Assembly: GCA_964360035.1 (NCBI GenBank)
Contig: CAYHUJ010000002.1
Span: forward strand, 1 to 50,314
Length of the DNA: 50,314 bases
Direction of reading: 5' to 3'
From: an uncultured Candidatus Saccharibacteria bacterium
Lineage (GTDB): Bacteria; Patescibacteriota; Minisyncoccia; UBA6257; JACRHY01
The translations under genes and the position numbers were made by a program. Below are positions 30,405 through 39,511 of this stretch, piece after piece. Each line of letters starts with the position of its first letter. The first letter of the stretch is position 1. The notes below the pieces were generated by a model, which searched no databases, had not been told where the DNA came from, and saw only the letters and a list, made by a program, of their open reading frames with translations.

Positions 30405-31424
30405 ATGTTCACCAGCAAAATAGGAATAGATTTAGGAACGACCAATACCATCGTTTTCGTTCCCGGGCAGGGATTCATCATCAACGAACCGACGATCGTC
30501 GCTTTAAGCGCGCCGGACAATTCCGTTTTAGCCATCGGCAAGGAAGCGAAAGAAATGATCGGTCGGACTCCGGACGATATTACCGCTTATCGTCCGCTCA
30601 AAGACGGCGTCATCGCCGATTATTACATTACCAAGGCGATGCTCCAGTATTTCATCGCGAAAGCCGCCGGCCGTTTCAATATTTTTAAACCCGACGTGGT
30701 GATTTCCGTTCCCGCCGGCATCACCTCCACGGAAAGGCGGGCGGTTATCAACGCGGCCCGCGAAGCCGGAGCGCGCGAGGCCTATATCGTCAAGGAACCG
30801 ATTTTGGCCGCTTTGGGAGCCGGCATTCCCGTCAATTCGCCTTCCGGAAACATGATTATCAACATCGGCGGGGGAACTTCGGAGGTCGCGGTTATTTCGC
30901 TTGGCGGCATTGTTACTTGGGCCAGTTTGCGCGTTGCCGGAAATAAATTTGACCAGGCCATCATTGACATGGTCAAGAAAAAACACGCGCTGGCGATTGG
31001 CGAGCAGATGGCGGAAACGATGAAAATTGAAATCGGCGCCGCTCTTCCGGCGCGCTCCAAAACGGAGTTCCGCGTGCGCGGCCGCGACCTTGCCTCCGGT
31101 TTGCCCAAAGACGTCGTTATTACCGCCAACGAAGTCGTTGACGCTTTGCGCGACCACCTGATGGACATCGCCGCTTCTGTTCAGGGAGTTTTCAACGAAA
31201 CGCCTCCCGAATTGGCCGCCGACATTATGGAGAAAGGAATTATTCTTTCCGGAGGAGGCGCCAATCTTCGCTACGTTGACGAGTTTTTCAAAAGGGTTTT
31301 GGGAGTGGCGGCTTACGTCGCCGAAGATCCTCTTTTTTGCGTAGCCAAAGGTAGCGGCGCCATTTTAAACCATCTTGATATTTACAAGCGGACGCTGCTG
31401 AATAAAACGTCGGGAAACAGATAG
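30405..31424 (+). CDS. mreB: Rod shape-determining protein MreB (copy 1)
   Basis: The sequence contains IGIDLGTTNTIVFV...INEPTIVAL...IINIGGGTSEVAVISLGGIV...ILSGGGANL. Confidence 0.95.
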   Translation: MFTSKIGIDLGTTNTIVFVPGQGFIINEPTIVALSAPDNSVLAIGKEAKEMIGRTPDDITAYRPLKDGVIADYYITKAMLQYFIAKAAGRFNIFKPDVVISVPAGITSTERRAVINAAREAGAREAYIVKEPILAALGAGIPVNSPSGNMIINIGGGTSEVAVISLGGIVTWASLRVAGNKFDQAIIDMVKKKHALAIGEQMAETMKIEIGAALPARSKTEFRVRGRDLASGLPKDVVITANEVVDALRDHLMDIAASVQGVFNETPPELAADIMEKGIILSGGGANLRYVDEFFKRVLGVAAYVAEDPLFCVAKGSGAILNHLDIYKRTLLNKTSGNR

Positions 31425-31449
31425 CGACGAACGGATAACGCGGTAAAAA

Positions 31450-31615
31450 ACTTTGAATTACAAAACTCCGATTTCAGCCCTTTTTCTTGATTTTCTGCTC
31501 GGCTTGTTTGAAAGTTTAAGCCGTATCCGCCGGATACTGTCTTAAATATTTCAAACTTCGCCTCGCGACGAAAATCAAAAAAAATCATCCGAAAGCGAGT
31601 TTCGTAATTCAAAGT
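31450..31615. other. Long (~166 nt) imperfect inverted repeat / extended hairpin filling the mreB-holB intergenic gap
   Basis: There are four nested arm pairs. 31450-31468 pairs with 31597-31615 (19 bp, 1 mismatch). 31481-31495 pairs with 31570-31584 (15 bp, 1 mismatch). gtttgaaa/tttcaaac and tttaag/cttaaa pair within 31501-31520 and 31541-31562. The apical stem is gtatc-cgccg-gatac (31523-31537). Confidence 0.7.
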
Positions 31616-31622
31616 AAAAAAT

Positions 31623-32456
31623 ATGATCGTCGGGCATGAAAATCTGATAAAACACTTCAAAAATTTAGCCGAAAGAAACGCGCTTTCCCACGGCTATCTT
31701 TTTTTCGGAGAGCCGCGGGTCGGAAAAGCGACTATCGCCGCCGCTCTGGCGAATTTTCTGGAAAACGGCCGCTTTGAAAAGCCGGACGGCCTTCTCGCGG
31801 ATTTTTTGTCCGTTTCACCGGACGAAAACGGAGCCATCGGCATTGACGCGGCGCGGGCAATTAAAGAATTTTTGTGGCGGCGGCCGGTTAAGTCGGGAAA
31901 GCGCTTCGTCGCTATAAGCGATGCCCAAGCGATGACTCCGCAGGCGCAGAACGCTTTGTTGAAAATCGCCGAAGAGCCGCCGGCCAGCGCTTTAATAATC
32001 GCCGTTTCTCCGAACGCCGAACTTTTGGCGCCTACTCTCGTTTCGCGATTTCAAAAATTTCATTTATCCCGGGTTTCCGACGCCCAAGTCGCCGAGTTGG
32101 CAAAAAGTTTTGGCTGTGACGCCAAAACGGCGGCGCAGACGGCGAAAAAAGCGGCGGGGCGTCCCGGTTTGGCCGCCGATTTTATCCAAAACGGCTCTTT
32201 TTGGCTGGAAGCGGAATCGCTGGCGAAAGATTTTTTGAAAAACGCCGCGCGCCGGACGTTTATCGCAAGCCGCCTCGCCGAAGACGAAAAATTGCTTGAC
32301 CGCTTCGCGGAAATTCTGCTAATTTATTTGAGACAGAACCCGATCGCGAATCTGGAACTGACCCGGTCATTTTTAAAACGCTTCTCACTTATCAAACAAT
32401 TTAACGTCAATAAACGCCTTCAGCTGGAAGCCGCGGCGGCAGGGGACGGCCGGTAG
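31623..32456 (+). CDS. holB: DNA polymerase III delta-prime-like clamp-loader subunit
   Basis: The sequence contains GHENLIKHF...SHGYLFFGEPRVGKATIAAALANFL, then NALLKIAEEPP, then the SRFQKF sensor motif. Confidence 0.8.
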   Translation: MIVGHENLIKHFKNLAERNALSHGYLFFGEPRVGKATIAAALANFLENGRFEKPDGLLADFLSVSPDENGAIGIDAARAIKEFLWRRPVKSGKRFVAISDAQAMTPQAQNALLKIAEEPPASALIIAVSPNAELLAPTLVSRFQKFHLSRVSDAQVAELAKSFGCDAKTAAQTAKKAAGRPGLAADFIQNGSFWLEAESLAKDFLKNAARRTFIASRLAEDEKLLDRFAEILLIYLRQNPIANLELTRSFLKRFSLIKQFNVNKRLQLEAAAAGDGR

Positions 32457-32491
32457 TTTTTTCGGGGTTGTGGCGCCCCCTAAACATTTAA

Positions 32492-33499
32492 ATGGGCAAA
32501 GTATTTTTTTTGTTTTTTTTAATTTTGACCGGCGCCGCCGTAATTTTTTCTTTACCGGCGGCTTTTCGGATATTCGGCTTGGAAATCGGCGGGGTGGAAG
32601 CGAATAAATCGGAAGCGCTGGCCATTTCCGTAAACGGCGGCGAATTTCGGCCGGCGGCCGTTCACGGCCTTGGTTCCACGCCCGATGTTTTTGATATTGA
32701 GCAATCTTTGGTTGACGACTCGGTTTTTTACGCGGGGACCAGCCGCGGCCTTTTAATAAGCAAAGACGGCGGGGAAAATTGGCACGTTTTTTCCGATTTG
32801 GAAAAGAAAATAGACGCTGCGGCGGTGAAAAAAATCGTCGCCAATCGGGCGAATCCGAAACAAACATTCGTTTCCGCCTCCAAGGGGGGAAAAGAATTCG
32901 TTTATCTGACCGAAGATAATTTTTTTTCGCTGAAGACGGTTTTTGAAATCAAGAAAGCGGCCGTCGCGGATCTGGAAATGGACGGCGATCAATTACTCTT
33001 GGGGTTATCGGACGGAAGAATTCTGCGCTATATCATCGGGAACGATTTGTTCATGCCGCTGTTCGCGTTTGATTCGGCTGTTTTGGACTTGGCGGCCGGA
33101 AACGGCGTAATTTACGCCTCAACAAAATCAAACGGCGTTTTTAAAAGTTATGACGGCGGGAAAACTTTTACGGCGGCCGGAAACTGGATTGGGGCGGTAA
33201 AGCGGCTGACTCTTGAAAACGAAAAAAGAATTTACGCCGCGTCGCTGTCCGGCGTTTTGCGCAGCGACAACGGCGGCGACTGGATTTCCGTCAAGACGGC
33301 GGCGGAGAAAAACGGCGCGATTGAGGATATCGTCGTTGAGCGGGGCGCGGTTTATCTGGCTTCCGGTTCAAAAATCTACAAAAGCGCCGACGCGGGAGCG
33401 CTGTGGAAGATTTTTACTCCCTTCAGCGCCAAAAGAACCTCCACCGTTATTAATTTGGCGAAAAATGGTAAAATAATAATTATAGGATCAAAAGGATAA
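32492..33499 (+). CDS. Secreted/anchored BNR (Asp-box) repeat beta-propeller protein
   Basis: The N-terminus is hydrophobic. Asp-boxes are SKDGGENW, SYDGGKTF, SDNGGDW and SADAGALW. Confidence 0.75.
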   Translation: MGKVFFLFFLILTGAAVIFSLPAAFRIFGLEIGGVEANKSEALAISVNGGEFRPAAVHGLGSTPDVFDIEQSLVDDSVFYAGTSRGLLISKDGGENWHVFSDLEKKIDAAAVKKIVANRANPKQTFVSASKGGKEFVYLTEDNFFSLKTVFEIKKAAVADLEMDGDQLLLGLSDGRILRYIIGNDLFMPLFAFDSAVLDLAAGNGVIYASTKSNGVFKSYDGGKTFTAAGNWIGAVKRLTLENEKRIYAASLSGVLRSDNGGDWISVKTAAEKNGAIEDIVVERGAVYLASGSKIYKSADAGALWKIFTPFSAKRTSTVINLAKNGKIIIIGSKG

Positions 33500-33502
33500 A
33501 TT

Positions 33503-34054
33503 ATGACCGAAACGCTTTTAAAAGAATTGGGGCTGAAATTCAAAGCGCTGATTGACGAGCTGAAGCGCGATTTTTCGTCTCTGCGGGGCGGACGCGCGAC
33601 GCCGAAGCTGGTTGAGGACGTTAAAGTTGATTATTTCGGCCAGGTGATGACTGTCAAGCAGCTCGGTTCCATAAGTGTCAATTTGCCGCGGGAAATCGTC
33701 GTCGCCGTCTGGGACGGGAACGCCGTTTCCGTCGTCGTGAAAGCGATTGAGGAAGCAACCCGGTTGAACACCAACATTGACGGCAACGCCGTGAGAATAA
33801 ATCTGCCGGCGCTGACCGAGGAAAGAAAAAAAGACATCGTTAAAATCGCCAAAGCCGGTTCCGAAGAGGCGCGCATAAAAGTGCGGACTCTGCGCGACGA
33901 GGCCAATAAAGCGATTGGCAAGGCCTGCGACGAAAAGATTATCGGCGAAGACGAAAAATTCAAACTCAAAGAAAAAATTCAGGCCGCGGTTGACGCTTGT
34001 AATTCGGAAATAGAACAAATGCTGGAAAAAAAGACGGCGGAAATCAACGAATAA
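33503..34054 (+). CDS. frr: Ribosome recycling factor
   Basis: The sequence contains LRGGRATPKLVEDVKVDYFGQVMTVKQLGSISV...INLPALTEERKKDIVK...RTLRDEANK. Confidence 0.95.
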   Translation: MTETLLKELGLKFKALIDELKRDFSSLRGGRATPKLVEDVKVDYFGQVMTVKQLGSISVNLPREIVVAVWDGNAVSVVVKAIEEATRLNTNIDGNAVRINLPALTEERKKDIVKIAKAGSEEARIKVRTLRDEANKAIGKACDEKIIGEDEKFKLKEKIQAAVDACNSEIEQMLEKKTAEINE

Positions 34055-34058
34055 CGCA

Positions 34059-35144
34059 ATGCTACTGGGAATTTTATCGGTTATCATCTTTTTGTCTCTG
34101 CTGATTTTAATCCATGAATTGGGGCATTTTTTGGCGGCGAAATTTTTCAAATTAAAAGTGGAAGAATTCGGCTTCGGCTTTCCGCCTCGAATCGTCTCAA
34201 AAAAGAAAGGGGAGACCCGCTATAGCCTGAACTGGCTGCCCTTCGGAGGATTTGTGAAAATTTACGGCGAAAATCCTCTTGAACAAAAACGGGAAGGCGA
34301 AGAAAGGTCGGCGGGCACGGCGCCGCAAGCGGACTTGAACCGCAGTTTTTCTTTTCAAAAAGCGTGGAAACGGGCAATCGTTCTTTCGGCCGGCGTTTTT
34401 ATGAATTTTATTTTCGGCTGGGCGGCGATTTCTTTTGTTTTGGCGGCGGGAATTCCGTCCGCTCTTTTTATCAGCGAAGTCAAACGGGAAAGTCCGGCGG
34501 AGGCGGCGGGCTTGAAGTCAGCTGATAAAATAGCGGCGATTTACGCCGGCGGAGAATCATTAGCTAATCCCTCCGCGAATTCGTTCGTGGAATTTGTCCA
34601 AAAATACAAAGGAGAAGAATTTAAAATCACCGTGGAACGTTCCGGAGAGACGCTGGATATTGCGACCGCTTCGCGCGTTTCTCCGCCGGCGGGAGAGGGC
34701 GCTTTGGGAATCGCCCTGTTGGAAGCCGGCAGCGAACCGATGCCGTTTTTTTCCGCTCTCGGCGAAGGGTTCAAGGACGCCTTAATCATCATCAAAGAAA
34801 TTATTTTCGCGTTTTCCGGCGCGCTGGCGGGAATTTTTACGGACGGCTCGCTTGGCGGGGTAACCGGACCGGTGGGCATCGTCGGCGTCGCCGCTCAGGC
34901 CGCCGGAATCAGCGTCGTGTATCTGCTTCAGCTTTTCGGATTGATTTCTTTGAATCTGGCCGTTTTAAACGCCCTGCCTTTTCCGGCGCTTGACGGCGGA
35001 CGGCTTTTTTTCGTGCTGATTGAAAAAATAAAGGGCTCGCCGGTATCCGCCAAGGCGGAAGGCATCGCCCACGCCGTCGGATTTTCTCTTTTGCTGGCTT
35101 TAATGGCGGCCATCACCATAAAAGACGTGGCGGGGCTGTTCTAA
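34059..35144 (+). CDS. rseP: RIP (site-2) zinc metalloprotease RseP family
   Basis: The HExxH motif is HELGHFLAAK. A PDZ-like segment is present (SPAEAAGLKSADKI). The NxxPxxxLDG motif is NALPFPALDGGR. Confidence 0.9.
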   Translation: MLLGILSVIIFLSLLILIHELGHFLAAKFFKLKVEEFGFGFPPRIVSKKKGETRYSLNWLPFGGFVKIYGENPLEQKREGEERSAGTAPQADLNRSFSFQKAWKRAIVLSAGVFMNFIFGWAAISFVLAAGIPSALFISEVKRESPAEAAGLKSADKIAAIYAGGESLANPSANSFVEFVQKYKGEEFKITVERSGETLDIATASRVSPPAGEGALGIALLEAGSEPMPFFSALGEGFKDALIIIKEIIFAFSGALAGIFTDGSLGGVTGPVGIVGVAAQAAGISVVYLLQLFGLISLNLAVLNALPFPALDGGRLFFVLIEKIKGSPVSAKAEGIAHAVGFSLLLALMAAITIKDVAGLF

Positions 35145-35161
35145 ATCCCCGCAATAACTTT

Positions 35162-35182
35162 TTACGAGACTAAATCTCGTAA
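35162..35182. repeat. Palindrome TTACGAG-N7-CTCGTAA (site 1 of 2) between rseP and proS
   Basis: ttacgag (35162-35168), actaaat, ctcgtaa (35176-35182). Flanking t/a pairs extend it to a 9-10 bp stem. The same half-sites and spacing recur at 48584-48604. Confidence 0.85.
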
Positions 35183-35236
35183 AATTACGATGATTGCAAT
35201 TCATTGCCGGATTTTATATTCTGTATTCATTGCGCC

Positions 35237-36475
35237 ATGCTTCAATCCAAGCTTTTTCCTTCTACTCAAAAAGAAGCTCCCCGAGACGAAATAGCGGCCA
35301 ACGCTGTTCTTCTGGTGCGCGGCGGATTTATCCAGAAATTAATGGCCGGCGTTTATTCTTTTCTGCCGCTCGGACTGCGAGCGCTTAAAAACATTGAAAA
35401 CATCATCCGCGAAGAAATGGACGCCGTCGGCGGGCAGGAACTTCTAATGCCGGCGCTTCACCCGAAAGAAATTTGGGCGGAAACCGGACGCTTTGAAACG
35501 GTTGACGACTTGTATAAATTTCGCGACCGGCAGGAAAAATGGCTGGCGCTGGGCTCCACGCATGAAGAGGTTATTACCGATATTATCAGGCGTCACCTCA
35601 GTTCTTATAAGGATTTGCCGCTTTATCTTTATCAAATTCAGACCAAATTCCGCGACGAACTGCGTGCCAAGTCTGGACTTTTGCGCGGAAGGGAATTTTT
35701 AATGAAAGACCTGTACAGCTTTCACGCGGACGAAGAAGACCGGAAAGCTTATTACGAAAAAGTTAAAACCGCTTATTCCAAAATTTTTCGGCGCTGCGGG
35801 CTGGAAACGCTCGTCGCGGAAGCGTCCGGCGGGACGTTTTCCAAGGAATATTCCCATGAATTCCAAGCGTCCACTGAAGCGGGCGAGGACCTCATTGTTT
35901 TTTGTCCCGCCGGAGATTTTACCCGCAACAAGGAAATAACCGACAAAAGAGCGGGGGGCGATTGCCCCGTCTGCGGAAAAACGCTGAAAGACGCCAAAAC
36001 CATTGAGGTCGGAAACATCTTCGCTCTCGGCGTCAAATTTTCGGAAGCGATGGGCGCTAATTTTCTCAATAGTAAAGGAGAGAAACACCCGATAATAATG
36101 GGCTGTTACGGAATCGGCTTGGGGCGGGTTTTGGGCGCCGTGGCGGAAATCCATCGCGACGAGAAAGGGATAATCTGGCCGTTTGAAGTCGCGCCGTTCT
36201 CCGCTCATCTTCTGGCAATTGGAAAAAAAGAGGAAATTTTCCGCCGCTCCGGAGAAATTTACCGAGATTTACAAAAACGGGGGGTTCAAGTATTATACGA
36301 CGATCGGGAAGGCGTATCGGCGGGACAAAAATTCGCCGACGCCGATTTAATCGGGTCTCCGTATCGCCTGGTTGTCAGCGAAAAAACCGGCGATAAAATT
36401 GAAGTCCGAAAGAGATCGGACGGGGAGGCGGTTTTGTTAAAACCGGAAAAACTTCCCGAAATTATCATTCCGTAA
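35237..36475 (+). CDS. proS: Proline--tRNA ligase, bacterial-type without the INS editing insertion (412 aa from ATG 35237)
   Basis: The sequence contains MLQSKLFPSTQKEAPRDEIAANAVLLVRGGFIQKLMAGVYSFLPLG, motif 2 (FRDELRAKSGLLRGREFLMKD) and CPVCGK...IEVGNIFALGVKFS. I chose the ATG at 35237 rather than the track's TTG at 35204. Confidence 0.9.
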   Translation: MLQSKLFPSTQKEAPRDEIAANAVLLVRGGFIQKLMAGVYSFLPLGLRALKNIENIIREEMDAVGGQELLMPALHPKEIWAETGRFETVDDLYKFRDRQEKWLALGSTHEEVITDIIRRHLSSYKDLPLYLYQIQTKFRDELRAKSGLLRGREFLMKDLYSFHADEEDRKAYYEKVKTAYSKIFRRCGLETLVAEASGGTFSKEYSHEFQASTEAGEDLIVFCPAGDFTRNKEITDKRAGGDCPVCGKTLKDAKTIEVGNIFALGVKFSEAMGANFLNSKGEKHPIIMGCYGIGLGRVLGAVAEIHRDEKGIIWPFEVAPFSAHLLAIGKKEEIFRRSGEIYRDLQKRGVQVLYDDREGVSAGQKFADADLIGSPYRLVVSEKTGDKIEVRKRSDGEAVLLKPEKLPEIIIP

Positions 36476-36485
36476 AGCGATTATA

Positions 36486-37532
36486 ATGAAACTTCCGTTA
36501 ACTTTTTTCACGAAAGACATCGGGCTTGATTTAGGAACGGCGAATTCGCTGGTTTACGTCAGGAACCGCGGCATCGTGATAAACGAGCCGTCAATAGTGT
36601 CGCTCAACAACAGAACCGGCCAGATTTTAGCCGTCGGCGGCGAAGCGAAGAAAATGCTGAGCCGCACTCCCGCTCACATCACCGCCATCCGGCCGCTGAT
36701 AAACGGCGTCATTTCCGATTTTGACATCACCCAGGAAATGATCCGTCATTTTCTGAAAAAAGCCGGAGCAACCTCTCCGTTCAGCTACTCGCGCGTCGTC
36801 ATCGGCGTTCCGAGCAATCTGACCGAGGTGGAAAGGAAATCCGTTGAAGACGCCGCCGTCGGCGCCGGCGCGGCCAAAACGTATCTGATTGAACAGCCGC
36901 TTGCCGCCGCCGTCGGAGCGCGCCTGCCGATAGAAGAACCGACCGCCAATCTGATAATAGACATCGGCGGCGGAACGACCGATATCGCCATTATTTCAAT
37001 GGGGGGAATCGTTACCGCCAAAAGTTTGAAAATCGCGGGCGATAGATTTAATGAAGACATCATCAGATATATCCGCGACGAATTCAAGCTGATTATCGGC
37101 GAACCGACGGCCGAGGAACTGAAAATTACCATCGGTTCCGCCGTTCCTCTTGAAGAAAAACTGGACATTGCGGCGCGAGGACGCGACGCCTCAACGGGAC
37201 TGCCGAGAGAAATCACGGTTAAAAACACGCAAATCAGGGTGGCGCTGGAGAGGTCGCTGCAGACGATCGTCGCGGCGCTTAAGGAAGTGATTGAGGTGTC
37301 TCCGCCGGAACTGGTCGGCGACATCCTTAAAAGAGGAATATATCTCTGCGGCGGCGGAAGCCTGCTGCGCGGCATTGATCAGCTTATTGAAAAGGAAACC
37401 GGCATTAATACGACGATAATTGACGATCCGTTGACCTGCGTTGTCCGCGGAACGGGGATAATCATTGAAGATATTGAAAAGTACGAGCAGGTTTTGGCCA
37501 ATGTTCTGGCGCCGAGAAAAATAAATTTATAA
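36486..37532 (+). CDS. mreB: Rod shape-determining protein MreB (copy 2)
   Basis: The sequence contains IGLDLGTANSLVYV...INEPSIVSL...IIDIGGGTTDIAIISMGGIV...YLCGGGSLL. It is roughly half identical to copy 1 by eye. Confidence 0.9.
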   Translation: MKLPLTFFTKDIGLDLGTANSLVYVRNRGIVINEPSIVSLNNRTGQILAVGGEAKKMLSRTPAHITAIRPLINGVISDFDITQEMIRHFLKKAGATSPFSYSRVVIGVPSNLTEVERKSVEDAAVGAGAAKTYLIEQPLAAAVGARLPIEEPTANLIIDIGGGTTDIAIISMGGIVTAKSLKIAGDRFNEDIIRYIRDEFKLIIGEPTAEELKITIGSAVPLEEKLDIAARGRDASTGLPREITVKNTQIRVALERSLQTIVAALKEVIEVSPPELVGDILKRGIYLCGGGSLLRGIDQLIEKETGINTTIIDDPLTCVVRGTGIIIEDIEKYEQVLANVLAPRKINL

Positions 37533-37563
37533 GCCGGTTTGTTTTCGGCGCCGCCGCGCGAAA

Positions 37564-39483
37564 ATGGGTTCAAAAAACAACGACCTTTATTTTGAAGAAG
37601 CGATTGCCGACAGCCTTGCCGGCGATTTTGACGTTGTTGAATCTCCTCTTTCAAGATCGGCTTTCCGCCTTGTTTTGGGAGCGGCGGCTCTGCTGGGATT
37701 GGCGGCCGCCGTCTGGACGGCGGTTTTAAACGCGGAGGGGGGCGGTTTTTTTTATTTCAACCGCGCGGAGGCGAATCTGAACAGGGTTTCGCCGATTAAG
37801 GCCCCCCGCGGCGTGATTTACGACCGCTACGGAGAGCCGCTCGTTAAAAATGCCGTTGCCCATAATATCATTCTTATCCCCTCGGATTTGCCGCGAAGCG
37901 CCGAAGAAAAACGGCAAGTTATAAAAATGCTGGCCGGCGCGCTGAAAATTTCCGAGGAAACCGTAAAAAACTATCTGACCGGCGCCGATTTGAAAAAATA
38001 CAACAGCGTTTTAATCAGCCGCGGCGTTGATCCGGAAAAGGCCGCGGAAATCAAAGCGCTTGATTTGCGGGGCGTAAGAATTGAAAGCGATTTCAAAAGG
38101 GATTACCTGCGCGGAGAGGCGTTTTCGCATTTGATCGGCTATACGGGCGCGGTCAGCCGGGAGGATTTGGCGGAAAACCCGGATTTTCTGCCCAACGACG
38201 AAATCGGGAAAAGCGGCCTGGAGACCTATTACGACGGATTTTTAAGAGGCGCCGCCGGCCGTTCAATTATTTCCAAAGACGCCAAAAACAATCCCGTTGC
38301 CGAAGAAAGAGAAGAAGCGCCGACGGCGGGAGCGGATATTGAAACAAGCATTGACGCCGGACTCCAGCAATATTTTTACGACCGCCTGTCGTATGGTTTG
38401 CGGTCAATCGGCCGCGTTTCCGGCGTCGGCATCGCGCTTAATCCCCGGACCGGAGAAGTGCTGGCCTTGATCAGCGCGCCGTCTTTTGACGGCAACGCGT
38501 TTTCCGGCGGCGATTCGGTGAAAATTGCCGAGCTGCTTTCTTCGCCGCACAAGCCGCTTTTCAACCGCGCCGTTTCCGGAATTTACAATCCCGGTTCCAC
38601 CGTTAAGCCGCTCATCGCCGTGGCGGCCCTGGCGGAAAAAGTCGTTACTCCCCGGAAAGAAATTTTTTCGTCCGGTTCAATAGAAATTCCGAATCCTTAC
38701 GATCCGGAACGGCCGAGTATTTTTTTGGACTGGAAACCGCACGGCTGGGTTGATTTATATTCGGCGCTGGCGCGCTCCAGCAACGTTTATTTCTACAGCG
38801 TCGGCGGCGGGTTTGGAGACGTTTCCGGATTGGGAATAGCAAGAATCAAAACGTACTGGGAAAAATTCGGCTTTGGGAAAAAAAGCGGCCTTGACCTGAC
38901 GGAAGAAAACGATGGTTTCTTGCCCGATCCCGAAGAGAAAAAGAAAAGAACGGGGGATATCTGGCGGCTGGGAGACACTTATAACGCCACCATCGGACAG
39001 GGCGATCTGCTGGTAACCCCGCTTCAGCTGATAAACTATATTTCCGTCCTGGCCAACGGCGAAAAACTTTACCGCCCTTATCTGGCGGCAAAAATAAAAA
39101 CGGGATCGGGAAAAATCATAAAAGAAACGCAGCCCGAGATATTGGCCGATTATTCCGGATTGCGCGGCGAAATCGCCGAAGTCCGAAAGGGAATGGAGGA
39201 CGCCGTCAAAAAGGAATACGGCACGGCCCATCTTTTAAGCGGCTTGCCGTTTGCCGTCGCCGGAAAAACGGGAAGCGCCCAGATTCAAAACAACGCCAAA
39301 ACTAACGCCTTTTTCGTCGGTTACGCGCCGGCAAATCCGCCGCCGGGCGGGCCGGAAATCGCGATTCTCGTGTTGGTAGAAGACGCCCGCGAAGGAAGCC
39401 TGAATGCCGTCCCCATAGCCAAAGATGTTTTGTCGTGGTATTATGAAAACCGCTATTTAGCAAAAAACGGACAAAAAAATTAA
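37564..39483 (+). CDS. mrdA: Penicillin-binding protein 2 (elongasome transpeptidase)
   Basis: An N-terminal TM helix is present. The active-site motifs are SxxK (GSTVKP), SxN (RSSNVYF) and KTG (GKTGSAQ). Confidence 0.9.
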   Translation: MGSKNNDLYFEEAIADSLAGDFDVVESPLSRSAFRLVLGAAALLGLAAAVWTAVLNAEGGGFFYFNRAEANLNRVSPIKAPRGVIYDRYGEPLVKNAVAHNIILIPSDLPRSAEEKRQVIKMLAGALKISEETVKNYLTGADLKKYNSVLISRGVDPEKAAEIKALDLRGVRIESDFKRDYLRGEAFSHLIGYTGAVSREDLAENPDFLPNDEIGKSGLETYYDGFLRGAAGRSIISKDAKNNPVAEEREEAPTAGADIETSIDAGLQQYFYDRLSYGLRSIGRVSGVGIALNPRTGEVLALISAPSFDGNAFSGGDSVKIAELLSSPHKPLFNRAVSGIYNPGSTVKPLIAVAALAEKVVTPRKEIFSSGSIEIPNPYDPERPSIFLDWKPHGWVDLYSALARSSNVYFYSVGGGFGDVSGLGIARIKTYWEKFGFGKKSGLDLTEENDGFLPDPEEKKKRTGDIWRLGDTYNATIGQGDLLVTPLQLINYISVLANGEKLYRPYLAAKIKTGSGKIIKETQPEILADYSGLRGEIAEVRKGMEDAVKKEYGTAHLLSGLPFAVAGKTGSAQIQNNAKTNAFFVGYAPANPPPGGPEIAILVLVEDAREGSLNAVPIAKDVLSWYYENRYLAKNGQKN

Positions 39484-39511
39484 CGGAATTAAATATCATT
39501 AGATTATCAAA

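Noticed and set aside
31382-31660. 92-aa minus-strand ORF across the mreB-holB spacer
   Set aside because: It overlaps the 3' end of mreB and the 5' end of holB. It is translated from the long inverted repeat, is Phe/Arg-rich, and has no start context.
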